Positions 50,620 to 60,854 of a stretch of DNA of 64,000 nt are shown here, in pieces. Made by a program: the position numbers and the translations under genes. The notes under the pieces were generated by a model, which made no database searches, was not told the DNA's origin, and saw nothing but the letters and a program-made list of their open reading frames with translations. This stretch comes from Colwellia sp. (GTDB taxonomy: Bacteria > Pseudomonadota > Gammaproteobacteria > Enterobacterales > Alteromonadaceae). How positions within the stretch are numbered: position 1 is the stretch's first letter; every line of letters starts with the position of its first letter. The stretch is taken from NCBI RefSeq assembly GCF_013215345.1, contig NZ_JABSOV010000010.1, forward strand, positions 1,564 through 65,563, given 5' to 3'.

Positions 50620-51762
50620 TCACTCTATCGGGTAGCCCAGCGCTTGCCATTCGGCTATGCCTGAATGACTAACGCAGGTGATATTCGCCAGCCCCAACAT
50701 GGCTAAATTAGTTAATGCGGTTTGAGATCTACGGCCAGAATGGCAATAAATAAATATATGTTTGAAACCCTTAAGCCTCTCTAAATGATCAGGCTCTGTG
50801 CCTAAGGGGATATTTTGGCTGTCGGGGATATGCCCTTGTAAATATTCCTCTTCAGTGCGGTTATCAATTATTAAGTTTTCCGGATTTTGTTGTTGCCATA
50901 TTTGATAAAGCGCATTCATGGAAAAGTCATCATGGATATAGGCATTCGCCTTAAAGTTGATGCCGCAAGCTTCATTGGCAGGTACGGCTTCATTAATTCT
51001 TTTGGGTAGCGCTAGGTTCAGATTACTCATAATAGCGATAAAATGAGCCAGAGATATTTGTTTACCAAGCCTAGGGTTCCATTGCTTTTCTTCCGCAATA
51101 GTAGAGCTGGTATTGCCATTATAATCATGGCCTGGATAAACAATGGTTTTATCATTTAAGCTAAACAGCTTTTCAGTGACACTACGGTAGAGTTCTACTG
51201 AACTACCCTGTTGAAAGTCTGTCCGACCGCAACCTCTTATCAGCAAAGTATCACCAGTGAAAACCATTCCCGTAAAACCTGCACTACCATGAGCTTCACC
51301 ACCAAGGTAAAAACTCATACAAGCGCTGGTATGGCCAGGTGTGGTTATGGCTTTAATATGACTATGGCCAAGGGGAAGTATATCGCCATCATTCAGCGCA
51401 ATATCAATAGACTTAATACCTGCCGCTTGGTTATAAACTATTTTGGCACCAGTTTTTTGTCTGAGTAAACCTGCCGAGCTAATGTGATCGGCATGAACGT
51501 GGGTTTCAATGGCATAAAGTAGTTCAATGCCCAATTCCTCAATATATTGCAGATCACGCTTGAGTTGCTCCTTAACCCCATCAATAATCGCACCTTGGTG
51601 AGTTTTAGCGTCAACTAATAAGTAGGTATAAGTACAGCTATCTCTATCAAAGAACTGTTTTATCGTTAATTTATTAATAGCTGATTCATTGATAGTTAAG
51701 GGCTGCTGGTAAGGGGAAATGCTCATAGCTATGCTCAGGTATTTAAATCTACATACCTGCAA
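50620..51762 (-). CDS. Persulfide dioxygenase (ETHE1-like MBL) fused to rhodanese
   Basis: ETHVHADH, TPGHT, FTGDTLLIRGCGRTDFQ, PGHDY; rhodanese YCHSGRRS. Confidence 0.88.
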   Translation of the reverse strand: MQVCRFKYLSIAMSISPYQQPLTINESAINKLTIKQFFDRDSCTYTYLLVDAKTHQGAIIDGVKEQLKRDLQYIEELGIELLYAIETHVHADHISSAGLLRQKTGAKIVYNQAAGIKSIDIALNDGDILPLGHSHIKAITTPGHTSACMSFYLGGEAHGSAGFTGMVFTGDTLLIRGCGRTDFQQGSSVELYRSVTEKLFSLNDKTIVYPGHDYNGNTSSTIAEEKQWNPRLGKQISLAHFIAIMSNLNLALPKRINEAVPANEACGINFKANAYIHDDFSMNALYQIWQQQNPENLIIDNRTEEEYLQGHIPDSQNIPLGTEPDHLERLKGFKHIFIYCHSGRRSQTALTNLAMLGLANITCVSHSGIAEWQALGYPIE

Positions 51763-51840
51763 GTATAGCTAGTGGAATTAGGGGGGGAGATTAAGGCTCA
51801 AGTTAAGGTTAAAGTTAAGCTAATGTTGAGAGCATAAAGA

Positions 51841-52221
51841 TTAGCTTAAGGCTTGCAGCCAACTCATCGCATCTTCTTCATTATCAAAGCTGCGTGTTTG
51901 TTGCGATGCTCTGGAGGGTGATAACTTATTGATGACATCTAAGATGGTATTTGAGGTGATAACCATGGCTTTGGCAATGAGCTTTTGCTGGTTCAACCAA
52001 ACATTATACTTTTCCAATTCTTGATAGGCTTCAGGAGTAGCCCCTTGAAATTCTAAATTATTAACGAGAATCGAAAAGCTGGTATCCTTTAAATCATCTA
52101 CAATAGCCTCGACACCATTAGTATATTTTTGTGCGCCGTATTCATTAAAAGCACCAACATTTCGGACAACAATGATATTGCCCTTTAGGCTAATAGATAC
52201 TTCACCGTGTTCAATACCCAT
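51841..52221 (-). CDS. Small hypothetical protein, probably STAS/SEC14 (SpoIIAA-like)
   Basis: 126 aa with RBS; ends SFDNEEDAMSWL, typical of the family. Confidence 0.55.
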   Translation of the reverse strand: MGIEHGEVSISLKGNIIVVRNVGAFNEYGAQKYTNGVEAIVDDLKDTSFSILVNNLEFQGATPEAYQELEKYNVWLNQQKLIAKAMVITSNTILDVINKLSPSRASQQTRSFDNEEDAMSWLQALS

Positions 52222-52314
52222 ACATTACCTCTAGCCCAAGAAATGAATTTAAGTTATATCACAATTATTCATGAAATAATTACTATAGCCTATAAAAACC
52301 AATTAGCTAAAAGC

Positions 52315-52349
52315 AAAAAAGCGCAATAATCTCTTATTACGCTTTTTTT
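52315..52349 (-). terminator. Intrinsic terminator of the DUF4097 gene
   Basis: AAAAAAGCG..AATAA-tctc-TTATT..CGCTTTTTT. Confidence 0.7.
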
Positions 52350-52399
52350 ATTACTCGATATAACGGATTATCTAGGGCTTAATCACTGCTAGATTAAAC

Positions 52400-53245
52400 T
52401 TATATTTCTTTAATACGGACACTACCACCACTGGTTTTTAATACCAGTTCAGGACCACCGCCATTGATAGTACCTTCAATTTTGCGTTTGCTGATTGAGC
52501 CATTGACGGCGAACTCACTAGAGACACGCCCACCACTTGTTTTAGCGGTAAGGTTTACCGCAACATCTTTAGCTAAATAAGCGGTGATAGAGCCCCCAGA
52601 AGTTTTTAACTTACTATCTTTGGTTGGATTTTTCGGTAATTTCAGCTTAATACTGCCACCTGAGGTTTTCGCATTAATTTTTCCAATAATATTATCAAGA
52701 TCTAAACTACCACCCGAGGTTTTAATATTTACATCACCGACGACCTCTTCAACAGAAATAGAACCACCCGAGGTGTAGGCATCAACTTTACCTGTTAAGT
52801 TTTCAATTTCAATAGAGCCGCCACTCGTGTTTACATCAATATTATAGTTTTCCGGCAAGGTTATTTTATAAGTCACTCTGATACTTGTTGAGCCAAAACC
52901 AAAGCCACTGCGATTTAATTCACCATGAATACTGACATTATCACCAGACTTCTTAATGTTTACCTGCATCTTATCTTCATCTTTACCGCTGATATTTACT
53001 TCAATCAATACCGTATCTTTGGCATGAGTTTCAATATCAATAGCACCAACATCAGTCTCTAGCTTTAATAAACCACCAGCTGCGACATTCAATTCTTCAT
53101 TATATGTTTTTGCTTGCAAGCCACCTGCCATTAAGAACAGTGCAATTGGTGCATATTTAAAAGTATTTTTCATGTTTAACATAAAGTATCTCCGTATATT
53201 TTTTATTAGTATGGTCATCACTAAGCATTTGCAGTTTCCAAACAC
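52400..53245 (-). CDS. DUF4097 beta-strand repeat protein
   Basis: Signal peptide; six xTSGGx repeats. True start probably downstream (MLNMKN). Confidence 0.85.
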   Translation of the reverse strand: MFGNCKCLVMTILIKNIRRYFMLNMKNTFKYAPIALFLMAGGLQAKTYNEELNVAAGGLLKLETDVGAIDIETHAKDTVLIEVNISGKDEDKMQVNIKKSGDNVSIHGELNRSGFGFGSTSIRVTYKITLPENYNIDVNTSGGSIEIENLTGKVDAYTSGGSISVEEVVGDVNIKTSGGSLDLDNIIGKINAKTSGGSIKLKLPKNPTKDSKLKTSGGSITAYLAKDVAVNLTAKTSGGRVSSEFAVNGSISKRKIEGTINGGGPELVLKTSGGSVRIKEI

Positions 53246-53350
53246 TTAGCTAGATTTTTTGGTCAGTGCTAAGTGAGATGCAACTTGAACAAAAAAGGTT
53301 TAAATTTATTTTTAATCAATGCAACTTATACTCAGCTAGCTCAAGTAACC

Positions 53351-54343
53351 TTAACTTAACCAAGAAGTTAAGAAAAAACCACCAAAAATTAACATGATGA
53401 AAAGTAATGTAGCTAATAATAACGGTTTAGGACCTGCTTCCTTGATAGTTGCCCAACGAGTGTGTGCTCCTAATGCCGCCATCGCCATAGCTAATGAAAA
53501 TTGACTCGCAAAACTAAAACTGATTTTAACTATTTCAGGTATAACGAACATACTATTGATCATAGCTGTTGCCATAAAGCCAAAAACAAACCAAGGAATA
53601 GCAACAACACTTTTTTCGTTACTGCCAGCGTCATCGCTGCGATTCAAACGTGTTAACACCAGACTCAACATGATAATAAACGGCGCTAACATCATCACCC
53701 GAATAAGTTTTACCACTACCGCCGTTTGCATCGTTTCAACATTAATACTTTGCCCAGCAGCCACTGCTTGCGCAACTTCATGAGCAGTACTGCCAATATA
53801 AATACCAAAAGTGTGATCATTCATCGCAACCAACTGATAAATGAAAGGATAGCTAAACATTGCTAACGTGCCAAAGAGCACTACCGTGGCAATAGCAATG
53901 GTAATATGTTGTTGTTTTGGTTTCAGCACAGATTCAGTTGCTAAAATAGCTGCTGCACCACAAATAGCGCTACCTGCGGCAGTTAATATCGCAACATCCC
54001 GGTGTAACTTAAATACTTTTATACCAACAAATGTTCCGACACTAAAAATGACGGTAATCACTACTAGATCAATACCCACAGCTTGCCAGCCCACAGCAAC
54101 TATTTGCTGAAAACTTAAACCAAAGCCAAATAAGATAATGCCTAACCTGAGCATTTTTTGTTTACAAAAATGTGAAAACTGATGGTCTTTTTCATCTTCT
54201 ACTCTTAATGAAAAATGGCCATAACTCATCCCTAATAGGATAGCTAAAGGTAGTGCACTTAAACCAAAAGCCGATACTTGTGGAATACTTGCTAGGGCAA
54301 TTGCCACTAAGGCAATAATGGGTAGAACTATATAGGTAGGCAT
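53351..54343 (-). CDS. yeiH: YeiH-family putative sulfate/sulfite exporter
   Basis: LRLGIILFG, GSAICGAAA, STAHEVAQ, KLIRV. Confidence 0.88.
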   Translation of the reverse strand: MPTYIVLPIIALVAIALASIPQVSAFGLSALPLAILLGMSYGHFSLRVEDEKDHQFSHFCKQKMLRLGIILFGFGLSFQQIVAVGWQAVGIDLVVITVIFSVGTFVGIKVFKLHRDVAILTAAGSAICGAAAILATESVLKPKQQHITIAIATVVLFGTLAMFSYPFIYQLVAMNDHTFGIYIGSTAHEVAQAVAAGQSINVETMQTAVVVKLIRVMMLAPFIIMLSLVLTRLNRSDDAGSNEKSVVAIPWFVFGFMATAMINSMFVIPEIVKISFSFASQFSLAMAMAALGAHTRWATIKEAGPKPLLLATLLFIMLIFGGFFLTSWLS

Positions 54344-54504
54344 AATGGACCTCTTTCTGATATTGAGTATACGAGTGAATCAACGATTCATCACTTTATG
54401 GAATATAATATAACGCAAGCAATTTGATAAGAATAATGGATAGTTTAAATGTATAGTATCGGATAATCCGAACTATAAATCTGCGATTAAGGTCAAAACC
54501 AGTT

Positions 54505-55389
54505 ATGACTATTTCAATAAAGAAACTACAACTTTTTGAGGCGACGGCACGTTTAGGTAAACTGACTCAAGCCGCTAATGAAATAGCTTTAAGCCAGTCA
54601 GCGGCGAGCCAAGCATTAAAAGAATTAGAACAAAGCTTAGGATATCCACTGTTTGAACGGGTTGGTCGAGATTTGTTGATCACTGAAAATGGCCTTAAAG
54701 CACTACCTAAAGTTCGCCAAATTGCTGATATTCTTGATAGTTTGCAGTTGGCTAATTTAAACCCGATGAGCGGCGTATTGAAAATTGTTGCAAGTGCCAC
54801 CATTGCTACCTATTTACTACCTAAGCTGATCGCTAATTTTATAAAAACCTATCCTGACGTTTCCCCTGAAATACACATTGGCAATACCCAAATGGTGATA
54901 GATTACTTAGATAAAGGCCAAGCAAATATTGGCCTTATTGAAGGCCCAGCATTACATCCTCACTTACAAATAATCCCTTGGCAAGAAGATAAATTACAGG
55001 TCTTTTGCCCACCTAATCACCCGTTAGCAAAAAATACAACTATCAATCTAGAGCAGATTCAACAACAGTCTTGGGTATTGCGAGAACAAGGCTCTGGTAC
55101 ACGGGCTATTTTTGATGCCGCCATTGAGAAAATGGGGGCACAAATTAATTTAGCTATGGAGCTGACCAGACAAAGTGCGATTAAAGAATCAGTTAAAGCC
55201 GGTTTAGGTCTAGGTTGTCTGTCTAAACTATCTATTGCTGAAGAGTTAAAAAATGGCGGCTTAGTGGCGTTGAAATCACCACTGAACTTATCAAGACGTT
55301 TTTCATTGGTGACTCATAAAGATAGTCATCACAACTTGCTTACCCAAACATTCATTGATTATTTGATAGCAGAAAGTCCGAGTAAGTAG
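54505..55389 (+). CDS. yeiE: LysR regulator YeiE/CysL-like, divergent from yeiH
   Basis: LSQSAAS..L.ELE, ASATIATY, GNT, GLIEGP, LREQGSGTR. Confidence 0.8.
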   Translation: MTISIKKLQLFEATARLGKLTQAANEIALSQSAASQALKELEQSLGYPLFERVGRDLLITENGLKALPKVRQIADILDSLQLANLNPMSGVLKIVASATIATYLLPKLIANFIKTYPDVSPEIHIGNTQMVIDYLDKGQANIGLIEGPALHPHLQIIPWQEDKLQVFCPPNHPLAKNTTINLEQIQQQSWVLREQGSGTRAIFDAAIEKMGAQINLAMELTRQSAIKESVKAGLGLGCLSKLSIAEELKNGGLVALKSPLNLSRRFSLVTHKDSHHNLLTQTFIDYLIAESPSK

Positions 55390-55492
55390 CAGTTTAAAGT
55401 AATAAGACAACGGACAAAAAGGGCAATAAAAAACGACAGTGAATACTACTCACTGCCGCGCTCTTTATTTATCTGATCTTATTCATACGCTG

Positions 55493-55846
55493 TTATTCAT
55501 ATCTAAGGGCTTTAATTGGATTTTTTCTCGCCACTTTCGCCGCATTAGCACCAACGGTACTCCAAGCAATAATCAGTGATAGTAAACCTACGCCCAAACA
55601 AATAGGTATCAGCAAAATAGCACTTATGCGATAAGGAAAAGCTTCTAACCAAGTTAGCATTAAGTAAGCGGCAATAGGCCAAGCAATTAAATTTGCTAGC
55701 ACCACCGGCTTAGAAAATTGCCAGATGAGTAAAGCCACTATATCTTTTACACTCGCTCCCATTACTTTTCTAATACCAATTTCTTTGGTTCTTCTTTCTA
55801 CGGTAAAGGCAGATAAACCTAAACAAGCTATCACGATGGCAAAGTT
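55493..55846 (-). pseudogene. C-terminal remnant of a MacB/FtsX-type ABC permease
   Basis: IACLGLSAFTVERRTKEIGIRKVMGAS...PIKALRYE*; the frame is closed by TAG at 55898-55900, so the usual several hundred upstream residues are missing. Confidence 0.85.
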
Positions 55847-55944
55847 GCCGTACGTAACAATAGCTAAGGCGGTGCGACTTTTAGCCTTACTTTTTAGCTA
55901 GATTTTAATTGAATTTTATAGCTATTTAAACTTTAAGAAAAATA

Positions 55945-57042
55945 CTATTCAACTTGCTCAACCAATTGCTGCATCAAGCTATATGAAAGTTGACTATAGG
56001 GCGGAACAAATAAATCAGCACTAAACAGGTTTGGGTAGTCATCTAATAATCCCCTGCTCTCAAGGTTAACCGCTGCAGGTAACATAGAAAGTTCATCGAC
56101 TATTCTTTGCTGAACTTTTTTATTAATAAAATAATTAGCAACTATTTCTGCAGCCTCTAATTTTTCATCTTTTAAACCACGAATAAAATTAATGGTATCA
56201 AGCCAAGCCATATGACCTTCTTCAAAATCAATTAACTGCCACTTAGCTCCTTTATCATTTTGACTCTTTATCTCTGGTCCCCAGCTAGAGACTATTTCAA
56301 GATCTTCGCTAAACTTAGTGGAACTTTGCCAAAACCCTCCGGCATTATTATAGAGTTTTTTGAATTTACTGAGCACAACCCCATGTTCTGAAAGTAATTC
56401 CTTTAATTTACTACGATTGTTTTTTTGTGCTAACTGCTCTAAGTAAAAGGGATGAAAGTCTAAGGCTTGCAGTGTTAAGCCAACGTTATACCAAAACTGT
56501 CCTTGATTTAATGAAAACTTATTGCGCCACTTACTACTCCATAAATCTTTTACCGATGTCGGTATGTCCTGTTGTTTAACCTTATTAGCATTGACAAAAA
56601 AGCCATAAATACCTCCGCCCCAAGGGATATATAGTGGTTTACCTGACTGCATTCCCATGGATATTTGAGTCAGTTCTGGATCTAGGTTTTTGTAGTTACT
56701 TAATCTAGGAGAGTTAATATCTATCGGTTGTAACAGTCGAGAAATCTGTTCGCCATGCATTTTAATAAAAAAAAGCGTTAAGAAAGTGATATCACATTCC
56801 TTATTGCGGATAACTGAAAACATTTGGTCGGCATCTTCGGCTTTAGTCGCAATGACTTCAACTTGATAGTTATAGCCCTTCTTTTCCAGTATTTCATTTA
56901 CTTGAGTAATATCTTCAGCAGTCACATAGCCCGCCCAAGTAAAAATTCTAAGCTTTTCCACTGCCAATAATTGCCAGGGTAAAAGTAATAGAAAACTAAA
57001 TAATAATAGTTTACTCACAACAGCGCCCCCCTCATTTAACAC
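55945..57042 (-). CDS. Extracellular solute-binding protein (PotD/PotF-like), orphan
   Basis: Signal peptide, LRIFTWAGY, IPWGGG, WLDT; no ABC partners adjacent. Confidence 0.75.
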   Translation of the reverse strand: MLNEGGAVVSKLLLFSFLLLLPWQLLAVEKLRIFTWAGYVTAEDITQVNEILEKKGYNYQVEVIATKAEDADQMFSVIRNKECDITFLTLFFIKMHGEQISRLLQPIDINSPRLSNYKNLDPELTQISMGMQSGKPLYIPWGGGIYGFFVNANKVKQQDIPTSVKDLWSSKWRNKFSLNQGQFWYNVGLTLQALDFHPFYLEQLAQKNNRSKLKELLSEHGVVLSKFKKLYNNAGGFWQSSTKFSEDLEIVSSWGPEIKSQNDKGAKWQLIDFEEGHMAWLDTINFIRGLKDEKLEAAEIVANYFINKKVQQRIVDELSMLPAAVNLESRGLLDDYPNLFSADLFVPPYSQLSYSLMQQLVEQVE

Positions 57043-57133
57043 TTATTAATTCAGTATAGAATGCTCTTTAATTTAAGTTAGATATTTAGTAGATAAAGCC
57101 ACTGCAGCTAAAGTGACTTCGCCTGCTTTAGCT

Positions 57134-58120
57134 TTATTTTTTATTGTTAACACTGGGCAACTGCCATTGCTCAAATAAGCCATCGCTATTGGAGGTAACC
57201 ACTTTATCTTGCCCTGAATAGGCAACACTGAGTACGGATGAGCGGCCCCGAGTCATTGTCGATTGCCACTGGGCAACTAGAGCACCATCAGTTACTCGCC
57301 AAAGTTTAATCACTTGCTTAGGAGAACCGGTTAAAAGCAGCGAGTTATCACTCGAGAATATTGAGTCATTAAACTCAAAAAAGCGTAAGTTAGTATCTAA
57401 TTCAGCCAGGACTTCTCCCGTTGATAAATCCCAAAAAGTACGATCTTTTATCGCATCAAGGGTAAAACCAACCTTACCGTCACTACTTATACTGACATGA
57501 TTAACTCGCGAGCCATGAGAGAACTCATGCACATTTTCCCCTGAGCTTGTGTGCCATACCAGTGCTTTCTTATCACTTGACCCGGTGAAGGCCATTTCAC
57601 CATCATCGGACAAGCTTACCGAATTAATATCCAGTCTATGTTTATCAAAACTAGTGACTTCATTTCGTTGAACATCAATGATACTCGCTTTACCACTGCG
57701 AAAACCTAATAATATTTTGCTGCCATTAGCGGAGATATCCATACCGTTAATGATATTTCCTGCCACTCCCCACTCCCCCAGTGGTTTATGACCCAGCACC
57801 GAATATAAACGCACTGTTACTTGATTAGAGACTAAATAAAACTGATTATCTTCACTAATATCAAGCAATTCCATAAACTGGGCTTCATTGCCTTTTAAGC
57901 AGTGCAATGGCGATTCCACTTGGGTGTTTTTCCATAAGCAAACGGTTTTACCATCTGCAACCAAGTTTAACTGGCCATCTTTAGACAATGCCGAAGCTGT
58001 GATTATATTATCACTATGACTCAACGCTAAGTCTGATTTTCCGGTATGAACGTCTTGCTGGCTACAGCCGAAAAGAGTTAATGCGCTTAGTGCACTTATT
58101 AGCATGACAACTTTTACCAT
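57134..58120 (-). CDS. WD40-repeat lipoprotein
   Basis: Lipobox LFGC; repeats HRLDINSVSLSDDG..AFTGSSDKKALVW, TLDAIKDRTFWD, VIKLW. Confidence 0.85.
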   Translation of the reverse strand: MVKVVMLISALSALTLFGCSQQDVHTGKSDLALSHSDNIITASALSKDGQLNLVADGKTVCLWKNTQVESPLHCLKGNEAQFMELLDISEDNQFYLVSNQVTVRLYSVLGHKPLGEWGVAGNIINGMDISANGSKILLGFRSGKASIIDVQRNEVTSFDKHRLDINSVSLSDDGEMAFTGSSDKKALVWHTSSGENVHEFSHGSRVNHVSISSDGKVGFTLDAIKDRTFWDLSTGEVLAELDTNLRFFEFNDSIFSSDNSLLLTGSPKQVIKLWRVTDGALVAQWQSTMTRGRSSVLSVAYSGQDKVVTSNSDGLFEQWQLPSVNNKK

Positions 58121-58293
58121 TGAAAATATTCCTTTAAAATTTTGCGATAAACGAGTTAATTACAGTGACTATAAACGATTATGCCCTTAGCCTAAAATAC
58201 AAAAGCTAGATAAATGACCTCACAAGTCAAGAACTAGGTAACTGAGATCTTACGATGTATACTCACAAGCTATTGGTCAAAAAGGAAGTCACC

Positions 58294-58761
58294 ATGGCAA
58301 GCATAACTACTCAAGTCCCAAACTTAGCGCAGAACACTGCAACAACCACAACAGTTTCCCCCATTGTAACTACACCTGAAAAAACGGCAGAAACTATTCA
58401 AACTAAAAGTAAGCAACTACAACCAGATAAAGTAGCCTTGTCAGAAGAAGCTAAAGCCAAATCGGCTGAAGCGGAAGAAACTGAACACAAGAACAACATA
58501 GATGCCAGCAGCTTAAATGGTGTTAAGAGCACTGCAGAGGTTGCAGCTGAAAATAAATCCAGTGAAAGTGAGTTAGATAAAGAAATTCGTGAATTATCAA
58601 TAGAGATCCTCGAGCTAAGCGTCAAAATTCAAATGTTACAAGACAAGGAAGATAAAGAGTCAGTAAAAGAGCTACAAAAACTTGAAGTAGACTTGGCTAT
58701 CAAAAAAGGTCAACTTGAAGCCGCTATTGATAGAAAATTACAATTAGCAGCAGTGAGCTAA
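58294..58761 (+). CDS. Hypothetical coiled-coil protein (possibly FlxA-like)
   Basis: Low-complexity N-terminus with DKVALSEEAK, C-terminal coiled coil. ATG at 58294 preferred (track start 58255). Confidence 0.5.
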   Translation: MASITTQVPNLAQNTATTTTVSPIVTTPEKTAETIQTKSKQLQPDKVALSEEAKAKSAEAEETEHKNNIDASSLNGVKSTAEVAAENKSSESELDKEIRELSIEILELSVKIQMLQDKEDKESVKELQKLEVDLAIKKGQLEAAIDRKLQLAAVS

Positions 58762-58800
58762 TCCTATAAAAAGAATCATTACCTCCCTTATGGAACCCCT

Positions 58801-59604
58801 ATGGCAAAGATAATTTTAATGCTTGCTTACGCTTTAGCAGTTTTTCCAACCTCAGCTACACAAATGGCAAAAATTGGCGAGTTTGAAATCGAATATGAAA
58901 TTTCAGGCTCCGGAAAATATACAATATTACTCGAAGCAGGAGGAACTGCTGGCTTAAGTGATTGGCAACCTGTGTTTAATGAAATAGCCAAATTTACGCG
59001 TGTGATCAGATATAGCCGTGTAGATAACGGTGGCTCTAGTAAAATTCAGCGTCACTTTAGTTCAGAGGATTATGCAAAACATACCCGTGATTTTCTGCAA
59101 AGCATCGATGTGCATAGCCCTGTGGTCTATATGGCGCATTCTTACGGTGCCTATATAGCTCGAACCTTTGCCGCCACTTATCCTGAACAAATTAATGCTC
59201 TAATGCTCGTTGAGCCCGCTTCTGAGCACGATGTTGATATTATTCGTGCCATAGATCTAAAGAAAGGTAATCAGGAAATAGCACAAATCAAGCTGGATGA
59301 TTCTTCTAATGGTATGTCGAACCAATACTTAGATTTTTGGAGTAAACGACCATTACCAGATTATCCTGCTATCAAAGACATTCCAGTCACAGTTATTGCC
59401 TCGGTGAAAAAATATCAAAAGCCCACCATGATATTTTTTACCGATGAAGCAAGAGAGGCATGGGGTAAATTACACCAAGCATGGGCGGAAGACTTCCCAC
59501 AAGGTAAAGCAGTTCTTACCAAGAAAAGTTATCACTATGTTCAGTTTGACGAGCCTGAACTGGTTATAACTGAATTACGTAAGCTATTAGCCAGAATGAA
59601 ATAG
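58801..59604 (+). CDS. Alpha/beta hydrolase, secreted
   Basis: Signal peptide, LEAGG, AHSYG nucleophile elbow, HYVQFDEP. Confidence 0.85.
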   Translation: MAKIILMLAYALAVFPTSATQMAKIGEFEIEYEISGSGKYTILLEAGGTAGLSDWQPVFNEIAKFTRVIRYSRVDNGGSSKIQRHFSSEDYAKHTRDFLQSIDVHSPVVYMAHSYGAYIARTFAATYPEQINALMLVEPASEHDVDIIRAIDLKKGNQEIAQIKLDDSSNGMSNQYLDFWSKRPLPDYPAIKDIPVTVIASVKKYQKPTMIFFTDEAREAWGKLHQAWAEDFPQGKAVLTKKSYHYVQFDEPELVITELRKLLARMK

Positions 59605-59632
59605 CATTTACATAAACGATATTTATAAGCTG

Positions 59633-60202
59633 ATGTTTAGACGCATAGTAGAAATAGGAAAATCAATCCAGCTAATTTCTCAATTAGTAAATCAAGATAA
59701 ATTGCGCCTGCAAGCGTTAGAGTGCCTACGTGTACTTGATTTACCAGATGGTTATATTGCCGCCGGCTTTGTTCGTAATCTAGTATGGGATCATTTGCAT
59801 AACAAAAACGTATCCACCCCTTTGAACGATATAGATGTTATTTATTTTGATTTAAACGAAAGTCATGCAGAACAATATAAAGACTATCAACAAGCGCTTA
59901 AGGTAATGATGCCAGAGGTTAATTGGCAAGTAAGAAATCAAGCCTTGATGCATAGCCGAAATGGCGACCAGCCTTATCAAAACAGCTTAGATGCCATGAG
60001 TTATTGGCCGGAAAAAGAAACGGCGGTGGCGATACGTAAATTACCTTCAGGTGAATTGGAATGTATTGCCGCATTTGGTTTTGAATCGCTATTTAACCTA
60101 CAGCTGACTCATAACCCCAAACGAGAAAAAGCTGTATTTACTCAACGTGTCAAAGCCAAAGGATGGCTTAAGCAATGGCCCAAATTAACTATTACTCAGT
60201 AA
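59633..60202 (+). CDS. Nucleotidyltransferase-family protein (DUF925)
   Basis: AAGFVRNLVWD, DIDVIYFD, WQVRNQA, WPEKETAV. Confidence 0.85.
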   Translation: MFRRIVEIGKSIQLISQLVNQDKLRLQALECLRVLDLPDGYIAAGFVRNLVWDHLHNKNVSTPLNDIDVIYFDLNESHAEQYKDYQQALKVMMPEVNWQVRNQALMHSRNGDQPYQNSLDAMSYWPEKETAVAIRKLPSGELECIAAFGFESLFNLQLTHNPKREKAVFTQRVKAKGWLKQWPKLTITQ

Positions 60203-60251
60203 CCTAATAAATAGTTAATAAAAGGCCAGTAGTTGGATTTTTCCTGCTGAC

Positions 60252-60641
60252 TTATTCTTGCTGAAGGTTCTTCAATATCTGACAATCACCGACCTTATCA
60301 TTAGGGCAAGATGTAGCTAAGGTATGCAAGGTTTGCTCTAGTAAGGTCAATTCTGCAATGGTTTTTCTTACCTTATCTAACTGCTGATCAATCAAAGCAT
60401 CAACTTCCTGGCACGATGACTTTTGATCCACTTGCACGGCTATCAAAGTTTTAATTTGCTCTAGCGGAATTTGTAATTCCCGGCAGCGTCTTATAAACAC
60501 CAAACGTTCAATATCACTGGCACTGTATTCTCTGTAGCCATTATCATTTCTATAAGCCTCAGGCAGTAAACCTATCTCTTCATAATAACGAATGGTTTTA
60601 CTGGCGACATTGGTTGTTTTAGCAAGTTGACTTATTTTCAT
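60252..60641 (-). CDS. MerR-family metal-sensing regulator (C77, C112, C120)
   Basis: TIRYYEEIGLL, NGYR.Y, three metal-site cysteines. Confidence 0.93.
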   Translation of the reverse strand: MKISQLAKTTNVASKTIRYYEEIGLLPEAYRNDNGYREYSASDIERLVFIRRCRELQIPLEQIKTLIAVQVDQKSSCQEVDALIDQQLDKVRKTIAELTLLEQTLHTLATSCPNDKVGDCQILKNLQQE

Positions 60642-60669
60642 AAAAATTGAATACCTGTATTTATAACAG

Positions 60670-60700
60670 TTGACCTTACTGTGACTGGAAGGTTTATTAT
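60670..60700 (+). promoter_or_regulatory. MerR-type promoter/operator for the efflux operon
   Basis: TTGACC-19 bp-TATTAT with dyad ACCTTAC-N7-GGAAGGT (60673-60693). Confidence 0.85.
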
Positions 60701-60854
60701 GCCGCCATTATAGCGATAAGCCTTAGTAGGTGTTAGCTGAAAATGTCAGAAAATTGTAACTATCGTGCAAATAAATAGTCGTTATTTAACCGTTAACTTA
60801 GCTAAGTAACTCACCGACCTAAGTGACCAAATTTAGTAAATATTAGGAATATCA

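Noticed and set aside
58140-58254. Sigma28 promoter for the FlxA-like gene
   Set aside because: No TAAA-N15-GCCGATAA match at correct spacing.
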